This document shows, piece by piece, positions 37,167 to 46,457 of a DNA stretch of 64,000 nt. Where the stretch lies: IMG/VR virus record IMGVR_UViG_3300027969_000040; one strand, 5' to 3'. This DNA comes from a virus (lineage: Duplodnaviria > Caudoviricetes). The position numbers and the translations under genes were made by a program. Below the pieces are notes generated by a model. That model was not told where the DNA came from and searched no databases. It worked only from the letters and a program-made list of their open reading frames with translations. The stretch's first letter is position 1. Each line of letters begins with the position of its first letter.

Positions 37167-37790
37167 TTAAGCAGATACACCAGTAATCATATCACCTTGG
37201 TTTCGTCCAACTGGTGTACCAACACCTTCACCAGATTCTTGCAATGCATTATCAAAGCGTATACCCAATTGAATTTGTACAACTTCGTTATTGGCATAGT
37301 TAACTTCTTGGTAGTTTGCTTCATGTATGAAACAACCATATAGTTCCCAAGTTTCTAATACTGCCGGTTCGTCTGCTCCGTTACCACCGTCTAGCATTTC
37401 TAAACGAGTGATAAATTTATAATCACTACCGCTTGCAGCAGAACTTTGCTCCATAAAGTCGAATTGCTTTTGCAACTGTTCGCCGACTAATCTGCTGACA
37501 TTGCCAGCTGCATCATCACGTAATGTAACCGATGTGTCTGCCCAGGTTGGTTTACCTGCTAATCTAACCAAGCTGTTGTAAACATGAACATCAATGTCGC
37601 CGAAGCTAACCGATGGTCTAGCAAATGACATTACTTGTTTAGTTAACTCTACTTTTTCTGGACTAACTCCAAAACTTTCAAAGCTAACTCTAAAACGATA
37701 TTGCAATTTGGGCATTAATAGGCCCTGTGTACTAGAACTGCTACTAGTGTTTAATGGTACTGTAAATCTTGTAAGCGATGCAACCGACAT
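37167..37790 (-). CDS. Tail tube protein (gp19-like)
   Basis: LMPKLQYRFRV, GKPTW...VTLRDD, WELYGCF; directly after the sheath. Confidence 0.85.
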   Translation of the reverse strand: MSVASLTRFTVPLNTSSSSSTQGLLMPKLQYRFRVSFESFGVSPEKVELTKQVMSFARPSVSFGDIDVHVYNSLVRLAGKPTWADTSVTLRDDAAGNVSRLVGEQLQKQFDFMEQSSAASGSDYKFITRLEMLDGGNGADEPAVLETWELYGCFIHEANYQEVNYANNEVVQIQLGIRFDNALQESGEGVGTPVGRNQGDMITGVSA

Positions 37791-37893
37791 ACTATTCTCC
37801 TAATTCTTATAAAAATATTTATGACATTTCGAACAAAAAACTTTTGGTTAAAAATGCCATTAACACTAGCTTTAATGAAATAATTAAATTTAC

Positions 37894-37920
37894 AAAACAG
37901 GTGCATTATACACCTGTTTT
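37894..37920 (-). terminator. Intrinsic terminator after tail sheath
   Basis: aaaacaggtg-cattata-cacctgtttt. Confidence 0.75.
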
Positions 37921-37930
37921 GATTAAAATA

Positions 37931-40900
37931 TTACTTCAATCCACTGATTGATCCAGGATTTTTAAGTCTAATTGGAATATAAATAAACTCAACATCCTTC
38001 ATTGGTTCAATTGCAACATCAACATACAACTCATTACGAGCAATACGATCTGCTGTATTATTGCTTGTATCGCATACTACTAAGTAGTCATACAATCCAC
38101 GTTTTCCAATTAAATCATTTAGAACACTTTCAACTAATTGCTTAACTTGATCGCGTACAATTTTATCATTTGGTTCAAACAAGAAACTATTAGCAACACC
38201 GCGCAATACTGTACGTAAGTAGTTAACTAAACGTGCCACATTAACACGATCCATTGCGCTACCACCGCCACCAACAGATGGAGCACGAGTCTTTTGACCA
38301 TATGCTACAATGCCGGCGCCTTGTAATTGTGTAATAGGGTTGAGTCTCTTTTCGTATAAAGTATCTCTTAACTGAGTACTAATACCTGCACGAATAAACA
38401 ATCCACTTGTTGCATCAAGATAACCAATTGCAGTAACATTATCCACTAAACCGCGGCGTGTACCAGCTGGTGCAAACCATTGATAGCTTAAATTATCACT
38501 ATGCAAGAATGTACGTAGCATCATGTGACTTGCGGGCACCGCTATTTCATTGCCTGACAAATCAGTGCTCAATGCGCTAGGATAGTACACACCCAAGTAC
38601 GGATCTGCTGTTGTTTGTGCTGCATCGTACTTGGTGATATCATTTAGATTAGCTGCCAATGTCATTGGAGTGTCACCAATAACGAAACCAGTATTAGCAC
38701 GATCGTTATTTAATGATACTAAGTTAACAATCAACTCAGGATAACCCGGGCATGTTAACAGATTGTATCCGTATGCTTCTTCTCTAAGATCATTACTACC
38801 GTCAACTGCTGCCTTCAATGCTGCAACCACAACGCTACGTTGTGCTTTGTGACCCATCATTGGAGAACCATCTTCGTTTAGACTAATTTGAGATACCCAA
38901 GTTGATGTTACATCCGGTAAATCACCTTCTGTGACATTAAATGAATTTGTATTAAAGTAGTCTTGGACAAACTTTTTAACAATATACCCACCGCGTCTTG
39001 TATTAAACAATAAGGTACCACGTGGATATAATCTGTAATCTGGTGCATCTAAGTCGGTATAATTTGAAGTTAACAATGATTTTGTAGTTGGTAGAGTACC
39101 AGTTACAGTGTCAGCTGTACCAGCATCGTCCCAACGTGCATCTCCAAAGATTATACCGTTTGAACTTGTATGATCGGTTTTGTCAATTGCGACCCAAGTC
39201 GATCCGTTATATCTATTCAATTTTGGATAATTTTCTAAATCACCAGTATCCAACCATAAGTCGCCAGGAGCCAATCCTGCATTATTACTTTGTGAAGTTG
39301 GTTTTGATGGAGTTACGATAACCCCATTAGGATCGGTTGCTGTTAAATCGTAACCGCGACCATCGCGAACTACATTTTGATAACCTTTCCATCCGTCCGA
39401 TCCACAAATCATTATATCAACCGCAGTTGCATCATCATAATACCAATATGTACCATTTGCAGGTGCAGTAGATGGTTCAGTTGAACTGAATGTATAAACA
39501 GCAGGTCTCCAATTTGTTAAATTAATTGTACTAGATACAATATTAGAAACTACACCTTCTGTTGAAGTTGTAAATCCAGCTGTTGATATTGGATTGCCGC
39601 CGCCTGTGGTGTTTACTAAACTAATAATACCACCAGCACGATGTGTAATAGAAATTGCACCATTTGCTTCAACTGTTGCCGAAACATCATCGTTGCCTGC
39701 TGCTAAAATAGACGCAACAAAATCACTAGGAGAAGCACCAGGTAAAGTACATGAATATGTACTAGGTGTTTCGCTACCGGTCACAGATACTATCATGTCA
39801 AATGTATGACCACTTGTAAAAGCAAGTGCTCCTGGGATAGTAGATCCTGTAACTTTAGTTGCACCTTTTTTACTTAGTGTATAAATGGTATAACTACCAA
39901 GACCGTTATTTTGCGAATCGGTCTTAACAAAGAATGTACCGGCTGCAATATTAACGCCGCCACCAATACGGTCCAGAGTAGCTAATACTGAATATGCACT
40001 AGGCTGTAAAGGTGCTATAACCGATTTCCATGATTCCGAAGCAGAGCTATATTTTTTAATAGTAAAATTAGCACCATTGCCTTGTTGAGATGTTTTAATC
40101 CATACACTCTTACTAGGACGAGCAATAGGATCAAATACAGTCCATTCCGGAACTTGCGCAAATGTTGCATACTCAACTGTTGCACGACCGTATGTATATG
40201 AGTCAATACCAATTGAACTTAAATTGTTTAAGACCAGTGGTTGTGCAATTGCTCCTGTATCTGTCCCAACATTAGTTGCTACAAATTCAGTAGTTGCAGC
40301 ACTATCAGCCGCTCCACATACTGTCCAATCTTGGGCGCCAGGTGTAAGAATTTTGTATCTTACACCAACAACCAATTGAGTAGAGTTAACATTTGCAATG
40401 GTCGAATCATCAATGGTGATAACACCAACACTGTTACCATCGTTAGATGTAGACGCGGCAGTTGTTCCAACTCTAGCATATAATGCTAATCGTCCACTCA
40501 CAAGGCTTGCTGTAATAGAAGTATTGCCAGACCAAGTAAGAACTTCAGAATTAATGAAATCTCTAAGATCCGACATAGTAGTAATATGGGCGCTAAAGAT
40601 AATTTCGTCGCCGTTGCCATCAAAATTAATTTTTACTCTGCTTCCCTTAGGAATATCAACCGTCGAGGTAGTGCTTGTGACCACAGGTACCGTATCTGCC
40701 CACGCAGAACTTCCTACTTGTTTCCATGTGTTGTCAGCAGCTTTATAAAATATATAATTATTATTTGAAAATACATCAACTGCATATGAACCAATTGTTC
40801 CAATTGATGATTTTGGAACAATTGATGCCGATACTGTTTGTGTCGAAGAAGTAATTAAAATTGGAGTTTTTGCTTCAAATGTATCGTTATCTGCTATATA

Positions 40901-41338
40901 TTCCCAAATACCAAAGTTACTAGTAGAAGTGTCTAACCAAACTGTGCCGTCTGCACTTTCGCCCTGCGGACGAATCGAAGTTCCTACTAAAGCGTTAAGG
41001 TCAATATCGGCACGCATTGCCCAGACACGGTTTCCCAAGCCCATAGCACTGTATGCTGCCATAACTCCATATTCATTTAACTCATGTCCGTGTAACGCAG
41101 TATCCGCGGTGCTTCTGCGGAAAATAGGATATCCAAATGTATTCGCTAATTCGCGTTGACTGCTAATACCGTATAATTTTCCTGCATTACTTTTTAAAGT
41201 TCCTGGTGCAATTTTGCCGCTGAGTGTTTTATTTTCAGCTGTAGCAAAAACTACAAAAGGTATTGTGCCTACTCCGGTGGGTAGGTATGCGCTCTCGTCA
41301 ATAATCGAGATTTCTAAGCCTGGTGATACTAATGCCAT
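37931..41338 (-). CDS. Tail sheath protein (gp18-like) with large internal insertion
   Basis: MALVSPGLEISIIDES, WFAPAGTRRG, RVNVARL, FLFEPND, EFIYIP; 1135 aa. Confidence 0.92.
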   Translation of the reverse strand: MALVSPGLEISIIDESAYLPTGVGTIPFVVFATAENKTLSGKIAPGTLKSNAGKLYGISSQRELANTFGYPIFRRSTADTALHGHELNEYGVMAAYSAMGLGNRVWAMRADIDLNALVGTSIRPQGESADGTVWLDTSTSNFGIWEYIADNDTFEAKTPILITSSTQTVSASIVPKSSIGTIGSYAVDVFSNNNYIFYKAADNTWKQVGSSAWADTVPVVTSTTSTVDIPKGSRVKINFDGNGDEIIFSAHITTMSDLRDFINSEVLTWSGNTSITASLVSGRLALYARVGTTAASTSNDGNSVGVITIDDSTIANVNSTQLVVGVRYKILTPGAQDWTVCGAADSAATTEFVATNVGTDTGAIAQPLVLNNLSSIGIDSYTYGRATVEYATFAQVPEWTVFDPIARPSKSVWIKTSQQGNGANFTIKKYSSASESWKSVIAPLQPSAYSVLATLDRIGGGVNIAAGTFFVKTDSQNNGLGSYTIYTLSKKGATKVTGSTIPGALAFTSGHTFDMIVSVTGSETPSTYSCTLPGASPSDFVASILAAGNDDVSATVEANGAISITHRAGGIISLVNTTGGGNPISTAGFTTSTEGVVSNIVSSTINLTNWRPAVYTFSSTEPSTAPANGTYWYYDDATAVDIMICGSDGWKGYQNVVRDGRGYDLTATDPNGVIVTPSKPTSQSNNAGLAPGDLWLDTGDLENYPKLNRYNGSTWVAIDKTDHTSSNGIIFGDARWDDAGTADTVTGTLPTTKSLLTSNYTDLDAPDYRLYPRGTLLFNTRRGGYIVKKFVQDYFNTNSFNVTEGDLPDVTSTWVSQISLNEDGSPMMGHKAQRSVVVAALKAAVDGSNDLREEAYGYNLLTCPGYPELIVNLVSLNNDRANTGFVIGDTPMTLAANLNDITKYDAAQTTADPYLGVYYPSALSTDLSGNEIAVPASHMMLRTFLHSDNLSYQWFAPAGTRRGLVDNVTAIGYLDATSGLFIRAGISTQLRDTLYEKRLNPITQLQGAGIVAYGQKTRAPSVGGGGSAMDRVNVARLVNYLRTVLRGVANSFLFEPNDKIVRDQVKQLVESVLNDLIGKRGLYDYLVVCDTSNNTADRIARNELYVDVAIEPMKDVEFIYIPIRLKNPGSISGLK

Positions 41339-41442
41339 GATATTCGTCCTTTGTAAACGTTGTTGTAGTTATTTATTTTCTGATTGCAAAATCATGGCTA
41401 TTAGCGATCCTTTATCCGGTCCTTTACGTATAAGTATATAAT

Positions 41443-41808
41443 ATGCCCAATCAAAAACTAATATCTAAAAAATTATGCCCTGTATGTAAATTTTATCACG
41501 TGGCTGTCAATTATCATCGGCACGGTAAAGTATATTATCGCGCAATGTGTACATCGTGTATACACAAAGGAAAAAAAATTAAACCTGAGGCTCCAAATTG
41601 GTATAAATCTGGATACAGGAAAACGGAAAAATGTGATAAGTGCGGGTTTAAATTTAAATTTTTAGGACAAGCAAACGTCTATTACACTGACGGTAACGAA
41701 AATAACGCCAATTGGTCTAATCTAAAAACTATATGTTTAAACTGTCAAGTTGAAATAAAAAATATCACTACATCATGGACACCTGGAAATATTATACCAG
41801 ATTTTTAA
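41443..41808 (+). CDS. Zn-binding protein with degenerate HNH-like fold
   Basis: CPVC...CTSC, CDKC...DGNENN..NLKTICLNC. Confidence 0.6.
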   Translation: MPNQKLISKKLCPVCKFYHVAVNYHRHGKVYYRAMCTSCIHKGKKIKPEAPNWYKSGYRKTEKCDKCGFKFKFLGQANVYYTDGNENNANWSNLKTICLNCQVEIKNITTSWTPGNIIPDF

Positions 41809-42397
41809 GTTGAGCATACATATCTTCTATGCCGTTGTTATTGTGAATAACAGCATCAAAGTTTGCACCTGCCCAAGAAGTTTCGCTAGGATGAATGTTA
41901 TGTAGTGCTTGAGCAGCGTATATATTGCCCTGATTGGCTTTGACTGCAATATCATACCACCAAGGAAGTTCACCCCGTTGTATCCAAATTATAATACCGT
42001 TTTGTTCTTTAATGGATTTAATTTCGTTGGGGAAACGGCAATCGCTAATAACTACATTGTCTTTACTGTTTCGTAGCTTATTTTCTAAGCTAGCAATCCA
42101 TATGTCATCGTGGAATGTTTTACGGCATACTTCTGTGCCCCAGTTTTGTAGCACCCATCTAGGAGTTAATTCAGATATACCAAGACGTTCACTCCACCAT
42201 AAGTCTGGTTGTTCGCGCCATTCACGAGCCTGTTTGGTACGTCCTTCAAGCAATTCTCTATCCCATCCAAAGATAGCACTTATTGCATCTTTTAATGTAC
42301 TTGCAAAACTTTCGCGGCGAAATTCATGGAAGTTAACTAGATAATCCGCTGCTGTGTCTTTTCCAGATCCAATGAATCCGCATATTCCTATAATCAT
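41792..42397 (-). CDS. Deoxynucleoside monophosphate kinase (T4 gp1-like)
   Basis: GFIGSGKDT, SFASTLKD, PRWVLQNWGTE, VISDCRFPNE, HPSE. Confidence 0.9.
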   Translation of the reverse strand: MIIGICGFIGSGKDTAADYLVNFHEFRRESFASTLKDAISAIFGWDRELLEGRTKQAREWREQPDLWWSERLGISELTPRWVLQNWGTEVCRKTFHDDIWIASLENKLRNSKDNVVISDCRFPNEIKSIKEQNGIIIWIQRGELPWWYDIAVKANQGNIYAAQALHNIHPSETSWAGANFDAVIHNNNGIEDMYAQLKNLV

Positions 42398-42423
42398 AAA
42401 AAATGCCCTCTTAAGGGCATTTT
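42398..42423 (-). terminator. Terminator overlapping a sigma70-type promoter (TTGACA 42442-42447, TAAAAT 42419-42424)
   Basis: aaaatgccct/agggcatttt stem. Confidence 0.55.
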
Positions 42424-42449
42424 AGCATATTCTTTGGTTAGTGTCAATG

Positions 42450-42821
42450 TTACACGCCGTACTTATTTTTTTTAATTTTTGCAGTAGTACTAACTCTGTT
42501 TACACCGGGCACTTCTTGACTTCGGCTACTACTCCAAGTTTGTTTACTACCGTCTCCAACTTGTGCGGCCGCTGCATTAATCATATCCATTTCTTCCTTG
42601 GTGTAAGGTGCTAGTAACGGGTCCCCTGCAATGTAATTATCTGCTTTAGTGGGATAGTCAGGAGCACCTGCTAATGCAATACCAAATCGATAGTTTTTGT
42701 ACGCCGAGCCAGAGCTTGCATTTTGGTCAGGAAAAGTAGTTAGATTTTGAATTGGTGCTTCGTGCTCGGGATTTAGTGGTGCCATCCCACCAGTTTCAAG
42801 TATAATATCTTTAATTTTCAT
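42450..42821 (-). CDS. Hypothetical late/virion protein
   Basis: MKIKDIILE start; GATAAATA at 42829-42836. Confidence 0.6.
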   Translation of the reverse strand: MKIKDIILETGGMAPLNPEHEAPIQNLTTFPDQNASSGSAYKNYRFGIALAGAPDYPTKADNYIAGDPLLAPYTKEEMDMINAAAAQVGDGSKQTWSSSRSQEVPGVNRVSTTAKIKKNKYGV

Positions 42822-42831
42822 AGTAACCTAT

Positions 42832-43965
42832 TTATCCAATTATCCAAGTTAACGGTTGGCCGCCGTCAACATAGTTCTTAAGATCGTTTTCTAATTGTTC
42901 CATCTCCGCCAATGCTTCGGATTTTAATGCATCGCCATTTAATGTAGTACCACCCTGCGGTCCTGCAATTTGTGCAAATTTACTACGTGCTTCACCTAAT
43001 ATTCTTTTAGCAAAACTATATGCATAATCTTGCAACCAAGGATATGCCATATGATCATTTAATAACATTGCATCCGGTTTATAATTGTATGTATGCAGTA
43101 ATACAGATTCCGACGGCACATCCGTTGACGGGCTCCATACTTGTGTACTACGAAGATTAAATGTTGTCACAGTAGTGTCTTGCAATTGATTTATCGCAGT
43201 AATTGTAATAGTTTTACTCAATCCGTTAACTGTTCTAATTTGATAATATCCGTTATATCCAGCAACCTTACAGTTAGAAATAGCCAAACTACTGCCTACT
43301 TGAACGTCCCACGCATCTTCGGTAACAATAGAAATTGTACTACCAACAGTTTGGGCATTAGCTGTCATGGATGACAATCTGATGTAACTATGCCCGGTTG
43401 AGGGCATTTTACGAATTAATGTTATTTTTTTAGTTGTTGGATTCCATGTAAAATTCATGTATCCACCAAACATTTTCATTGATTGTTCTTGATATTGGGC
43501 AAACAATTCATAATTGGCAAGTCCACCAAGACGGCCTGCTTGCAACATATACGTATTCAAATAACCACTGGCAAATGGCTCAAATTGACTAGCTGTGGTC
43601 CCAGTTACACTACCGATACCTCTACGAAATACTTGCTTAACTGTAATAATTTCACTAGGTAGAATATACTCTTGAGTCTCAGGTAGCAAATTTAAAAATG
43701 CATAGCTTTCCTCAACCGCATTTTGTGATCGTTGACGGTATTTTATTAATGCTTGTTTAATAGCTAAGAAGTAGTGTTCTTGGTCTAGCTCAACGTCGAC
43801 TATGCCATCAGCCAATCTAAGACGAATATAATCAATTACTTCATTACGTTTTGCATCAAGTGCCGTTAGCAAAGTTTCGTCGAACGCAATTGGTCCCGGC
43901 CCACCTAGGCTATCAGCACTAATACTTTGAGTTATTGGATCTAGTCCGGGTTTAAGTGTGGCCAT
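42832..43965 (-). CDS. Neck protein (gp13-like) with insertion
   Basis: IRLRLADGIVDVELDQEH...ARSKFAQIAGPQGGTTLNG. Confidence 0.8.
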   Translation of the reverse strand: MATLKPGLDPITQSISADSLGGPGPIAFDETLLTALDAKRNEVIDYIRLRLADGIVDVELDQEHYFLAIKQALIKYRQRSQNAVEESYAFLNLLPETQEYILPSEIITVKQVFRRGIGSVTGTTASQFEPFASGYLNTYMLQAGRLGGLANYELFAQYQEQSMKMFGGYMNFTWNPTTKKITLIRKMPSTGHSYIRLSSMTANAQTVGSTISIVTEDAWDVQVGSSLAISNCKVAGYNGYYQIRTVNGLSKTITITAINQLQDTTVTTFNLRSTQVWSPSTDVPSESVLLHTYNYKPDAMLLNDHMAYPWLQDYAYSFAKRILGEARSKFAQIAGPQGGTTLNGDALKSEALAEMEQLENDLKNYVDGGQPLTWIIG

Positions 43966-44027
43966 TTAGATAATTTCCTATTCTGTTGCTAAGTATTTAG
44001 CCATATACTTAGCAACAGATACCCAAC

Positions 44028-45203
44028 TTATGCTACTTTTAATAGTAAAACATCATGGTTGATACGCCCATTAAGTTTAACCTCAACTGCCTTAATGTCC
44101 TTGATAAAGGTACGTAATGCAACCTTGCCCGCCTTTGCAAAATCAGACAATTGCTCTGCGGGTTTACGCAATGTTTTAGAAACACTCTTATCAAGATCAA
44201 ATCCTACAATAGTAGATCCTTTGATGGCCAAAGTTTGATAGCTTGATGCTACATATTTTCCTAACTTACGTGTTTTAGGATTGTAAACCCACAACTCTGC
44301 GGCACCAATTATAGTAGCAGGATTAATGCTAACAATTTTAAGCGATTTGTCCTCTTTAGCGTATTTAAGTTTAGCAACCAGTTTTTCTTTGCTAGGTGCT
44401 TTACGAACCGCTGCTTTTTTAGTTGCCTTTTTAACATCACGATATTGCTCAATTGCTGCCAGCAATGAATCGATCCAAGCGATGATACGTCGGAAGTCTG
44501 CTGCCTTAAGGAACTTATATCCTTCAATCAACTGCTCATCTTCTTTAGACTGAGCACGAATAAATTCGTCGCGATGTGATTCAAATACTGCTTGATACTT
44601 ACCCAATTGGCTTTGCGGTACTTTGTTAACTGTTAGAAAGTCGTAGGCTTTAAAATCTGATTTAACATTAGTCACAACATCGTCAAATGCCCCTTCAATT
44701 TCTCCAATTGTGTCGGCTGTTTTTTCATTTAAACGATCTTGGATTGTGGGACGATAAACTTCACCACCTTTAATTACTACCGCAGTTTCCTCGGCAGGTT
44801 CTAAATCAATTCGAGCAATAACATTGTTAATGCTGGTATTTAAAAACTCAATATGACGAGCACGTAGAGGCATGCCAATTCGATTAGCCATTACTAGACT
44901 GCATGCTGTCATTGGCAACCATTTGTCGCTTGCACGTTCAAAACTTCTAATCTGATCTTTATCAAAGTCTTTGGTAGACTTCATCCACTCCACTACATAC
45001 TTCTTGCAATCTTTTTGATTGTAGTAGTAATTGTAATAATAAAAACTTTGTCGTAAGTGGTGATCAAACTCATCGTCTGTAAATTCTTCTGCTCGATTGG
45101 CATCCCATTGGGGCTCACCACCTGTGTATTTTTCATCTACAAACAAAGGATTACGGGTTTTATGTACTTTTGTTTTAATTTTAACGCCAGCTACTATTGC
45201 CAT
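44028..45203 (-). CDS. T4-like phage hypothetical early protein
   Basis: 391 aa; own consensus promoter. Confidence 0.75.
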   Translation of the reverse strand: MAIVAGVKIKTKVHKTRNPLFVDEKYTGGEPQWDANRAEEFTDDEFDHHLRQSFYYYNYYYNQKDCKKYVVEWMKSTKDFDKDQIRSFERASDKWLPMTACSLVMANRIGMPLRARHIEFLNTSINNVIARIDLEPAEETAVVIKGGEVYRPTIQDRLNEKTADTIGEIEGAFDDVVTNVKSDFKAYDFLTVNKVPQSQLGKYQAVFESHRDEFIRAQSKEDEQLIEGYKFLKAADFRRIIAWIDSLLAAIEQYRDVKKATKKAAVRKAPSKEKLVAKLKYAKEDKSLKIVSINPATIIGAAELWVYNPKTRKLGKYVASSYQTLAIKGSTIVGFDLDKSVSKTLRKPAEQLSDFAKAGKVALRTFIKDIKAVEVKLNGRINHDVLLLKVA

Positions 45204-45234
45204 AGATATACTCCGTTTTGTTAGTTAAGCTGCT

Positions 45235-45263
45235 ATTATAGCAGGTTCGGACCCACTTGTCAA
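45235..45263 (-). promoter_or_regulatory. Sigma70-type early promoter
   Basis: TTGACA-17-TATAAT. Confidence 0.85.
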
Positions 45264-45352
45264 GCAAAAAATGGGCCATTTTAGCAAATTTATTTATAAA
45301 AATCAAACTTAAATAAATCCATAAATAGTTATATTAGCATCGGAGATTTATT

Positions 45353-46456
45353 GTGCCAAGATTAAGTTTATGGAAAGATGGTAATCACTCTTCGGATTAC
45401 AAATTCTTTGATCGCAGGATTTCAGAGATGTTTACCATTGGAGGCACCGGTGTTTTAATACACAAATATCAAGGAACAATTGATCAAGGACCCACCAATG
45501 ATAGAACATTACCCCAATATACAAATCAAAGCGAAATGAATATACAAGATTTACTATTCTTAGAAAATAGAGATCGAAAATATGATACTAGTGTTTACGA
45601 AATGCGCGGCCATTATCAAGTAACAGATAATGATTTCGACTTAACACAATTTGGATTGTTTTTACAAACCGGTACATTATTCATGACCTTTCATATCAAT
45701 GATATGATATCTATATTAGGTCGTAAATTAATGAACGGCGATGTACTTGAAATGATGCACCTGATTGATTATGATACATTAAACACCGAGTTGCCAATTG
45801 CATTAAAACGATTTTTTGTAGTCGGCGATACTACAAAAGCATCCGAGGGATTTAGTCCAACTTGGTGGCCACATTTATGGCGTTGTAAAATTAATCCAAT
45901 GGTAGATAGTCAAGAATATAAAGATATACTAAACACTATTACAGTAAGTGATACAGATCCCACTCCAATAAAAGATATATTAAGTATATACGATAAAAAA
46001 TTATCAATTAACGAAGCAATACTACAACAAGCCGAAGATGAAGTTCCAAAAAGTGGATATTATGTTAATAACTTATATAACTACGTACCAGACGACCAAC
46101 CCACTCCTCCTACTAAAATTCAAGGAGCATTAAGTGGTGATGGAGTAACCCCCAACGGCTATCCAGTAACACAGGGTATTAGTTTTCCTGCATCACCAGT
46201 ACTAGGAGACTTTTGTTTAAGACTTGATTATTTGCCTAATAGGTTATTCAGATACGATGGTAAACGTTGGCTAAAAATTGAGGACGCTGTACGCAGTAAT
46301 TTAACTAAAGGCGCTGTTGATAATAGTACTTTACGTCATAGTTTTATTAATAATGATAATACCTGGGTTGATGTTAATGGTATCATTAATCCACAACGAC
46401 AAAATTTAAATGATGTACTCAGAATAAGGCCAGACGCTCCGCCAACACCTCCATAA
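45353..46456 (+). CDS. Neck/head-closure protein (gp14-like) with C-terminal extension
   Basis: FDLTQFGLFL...FHINDM...GDVLEM; CATAAATA at 45320-45327; adjacent to gp15. Confidence 0.7.
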   Translation: MPRLSLWKDGNHSSDYKFFDRRISEMFTIGGTGVLIHKYQGTIDQGPTNDRTLPQYTNQSEMNIQDLLFLENRDRKYDTSVYEMRGHYQVTDNDFDLTQFGLFLQTGTLFMTFHINDMISILGRKLMNGDVLEMMHLIDYDTLNTELPIALKRFFVVGDTTKASEGFSPTWWPHLWRCKINPMVDSQEYKDILNTITVSDTDPTPIKDILSIYDKKLSINEAILQQAEDEVPKSGYYVNNLYNYVPDDQPTPPTKIQGALSGDGVTPNGYPVTQGISFPASPVLGDFCLRLDYLPNRLFRYDGKRWLKIEDAVRSNLTKGAVDNSTLRHSFINNDNTWVDVNGIINPQRQNLNDVLRIRPDAPPTPP

Positions 46457-46457
46457 C

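Noticed and set aside
37791-37930. tRNA or structured ncRNA in the larger intergenic gaps (also 41339-41442, 45204-45352)
   Set aside because: No cloverleaf or T-loop pattern was seen, and promoters and terminators account for the gaps. A covariance-model scan was not possible.
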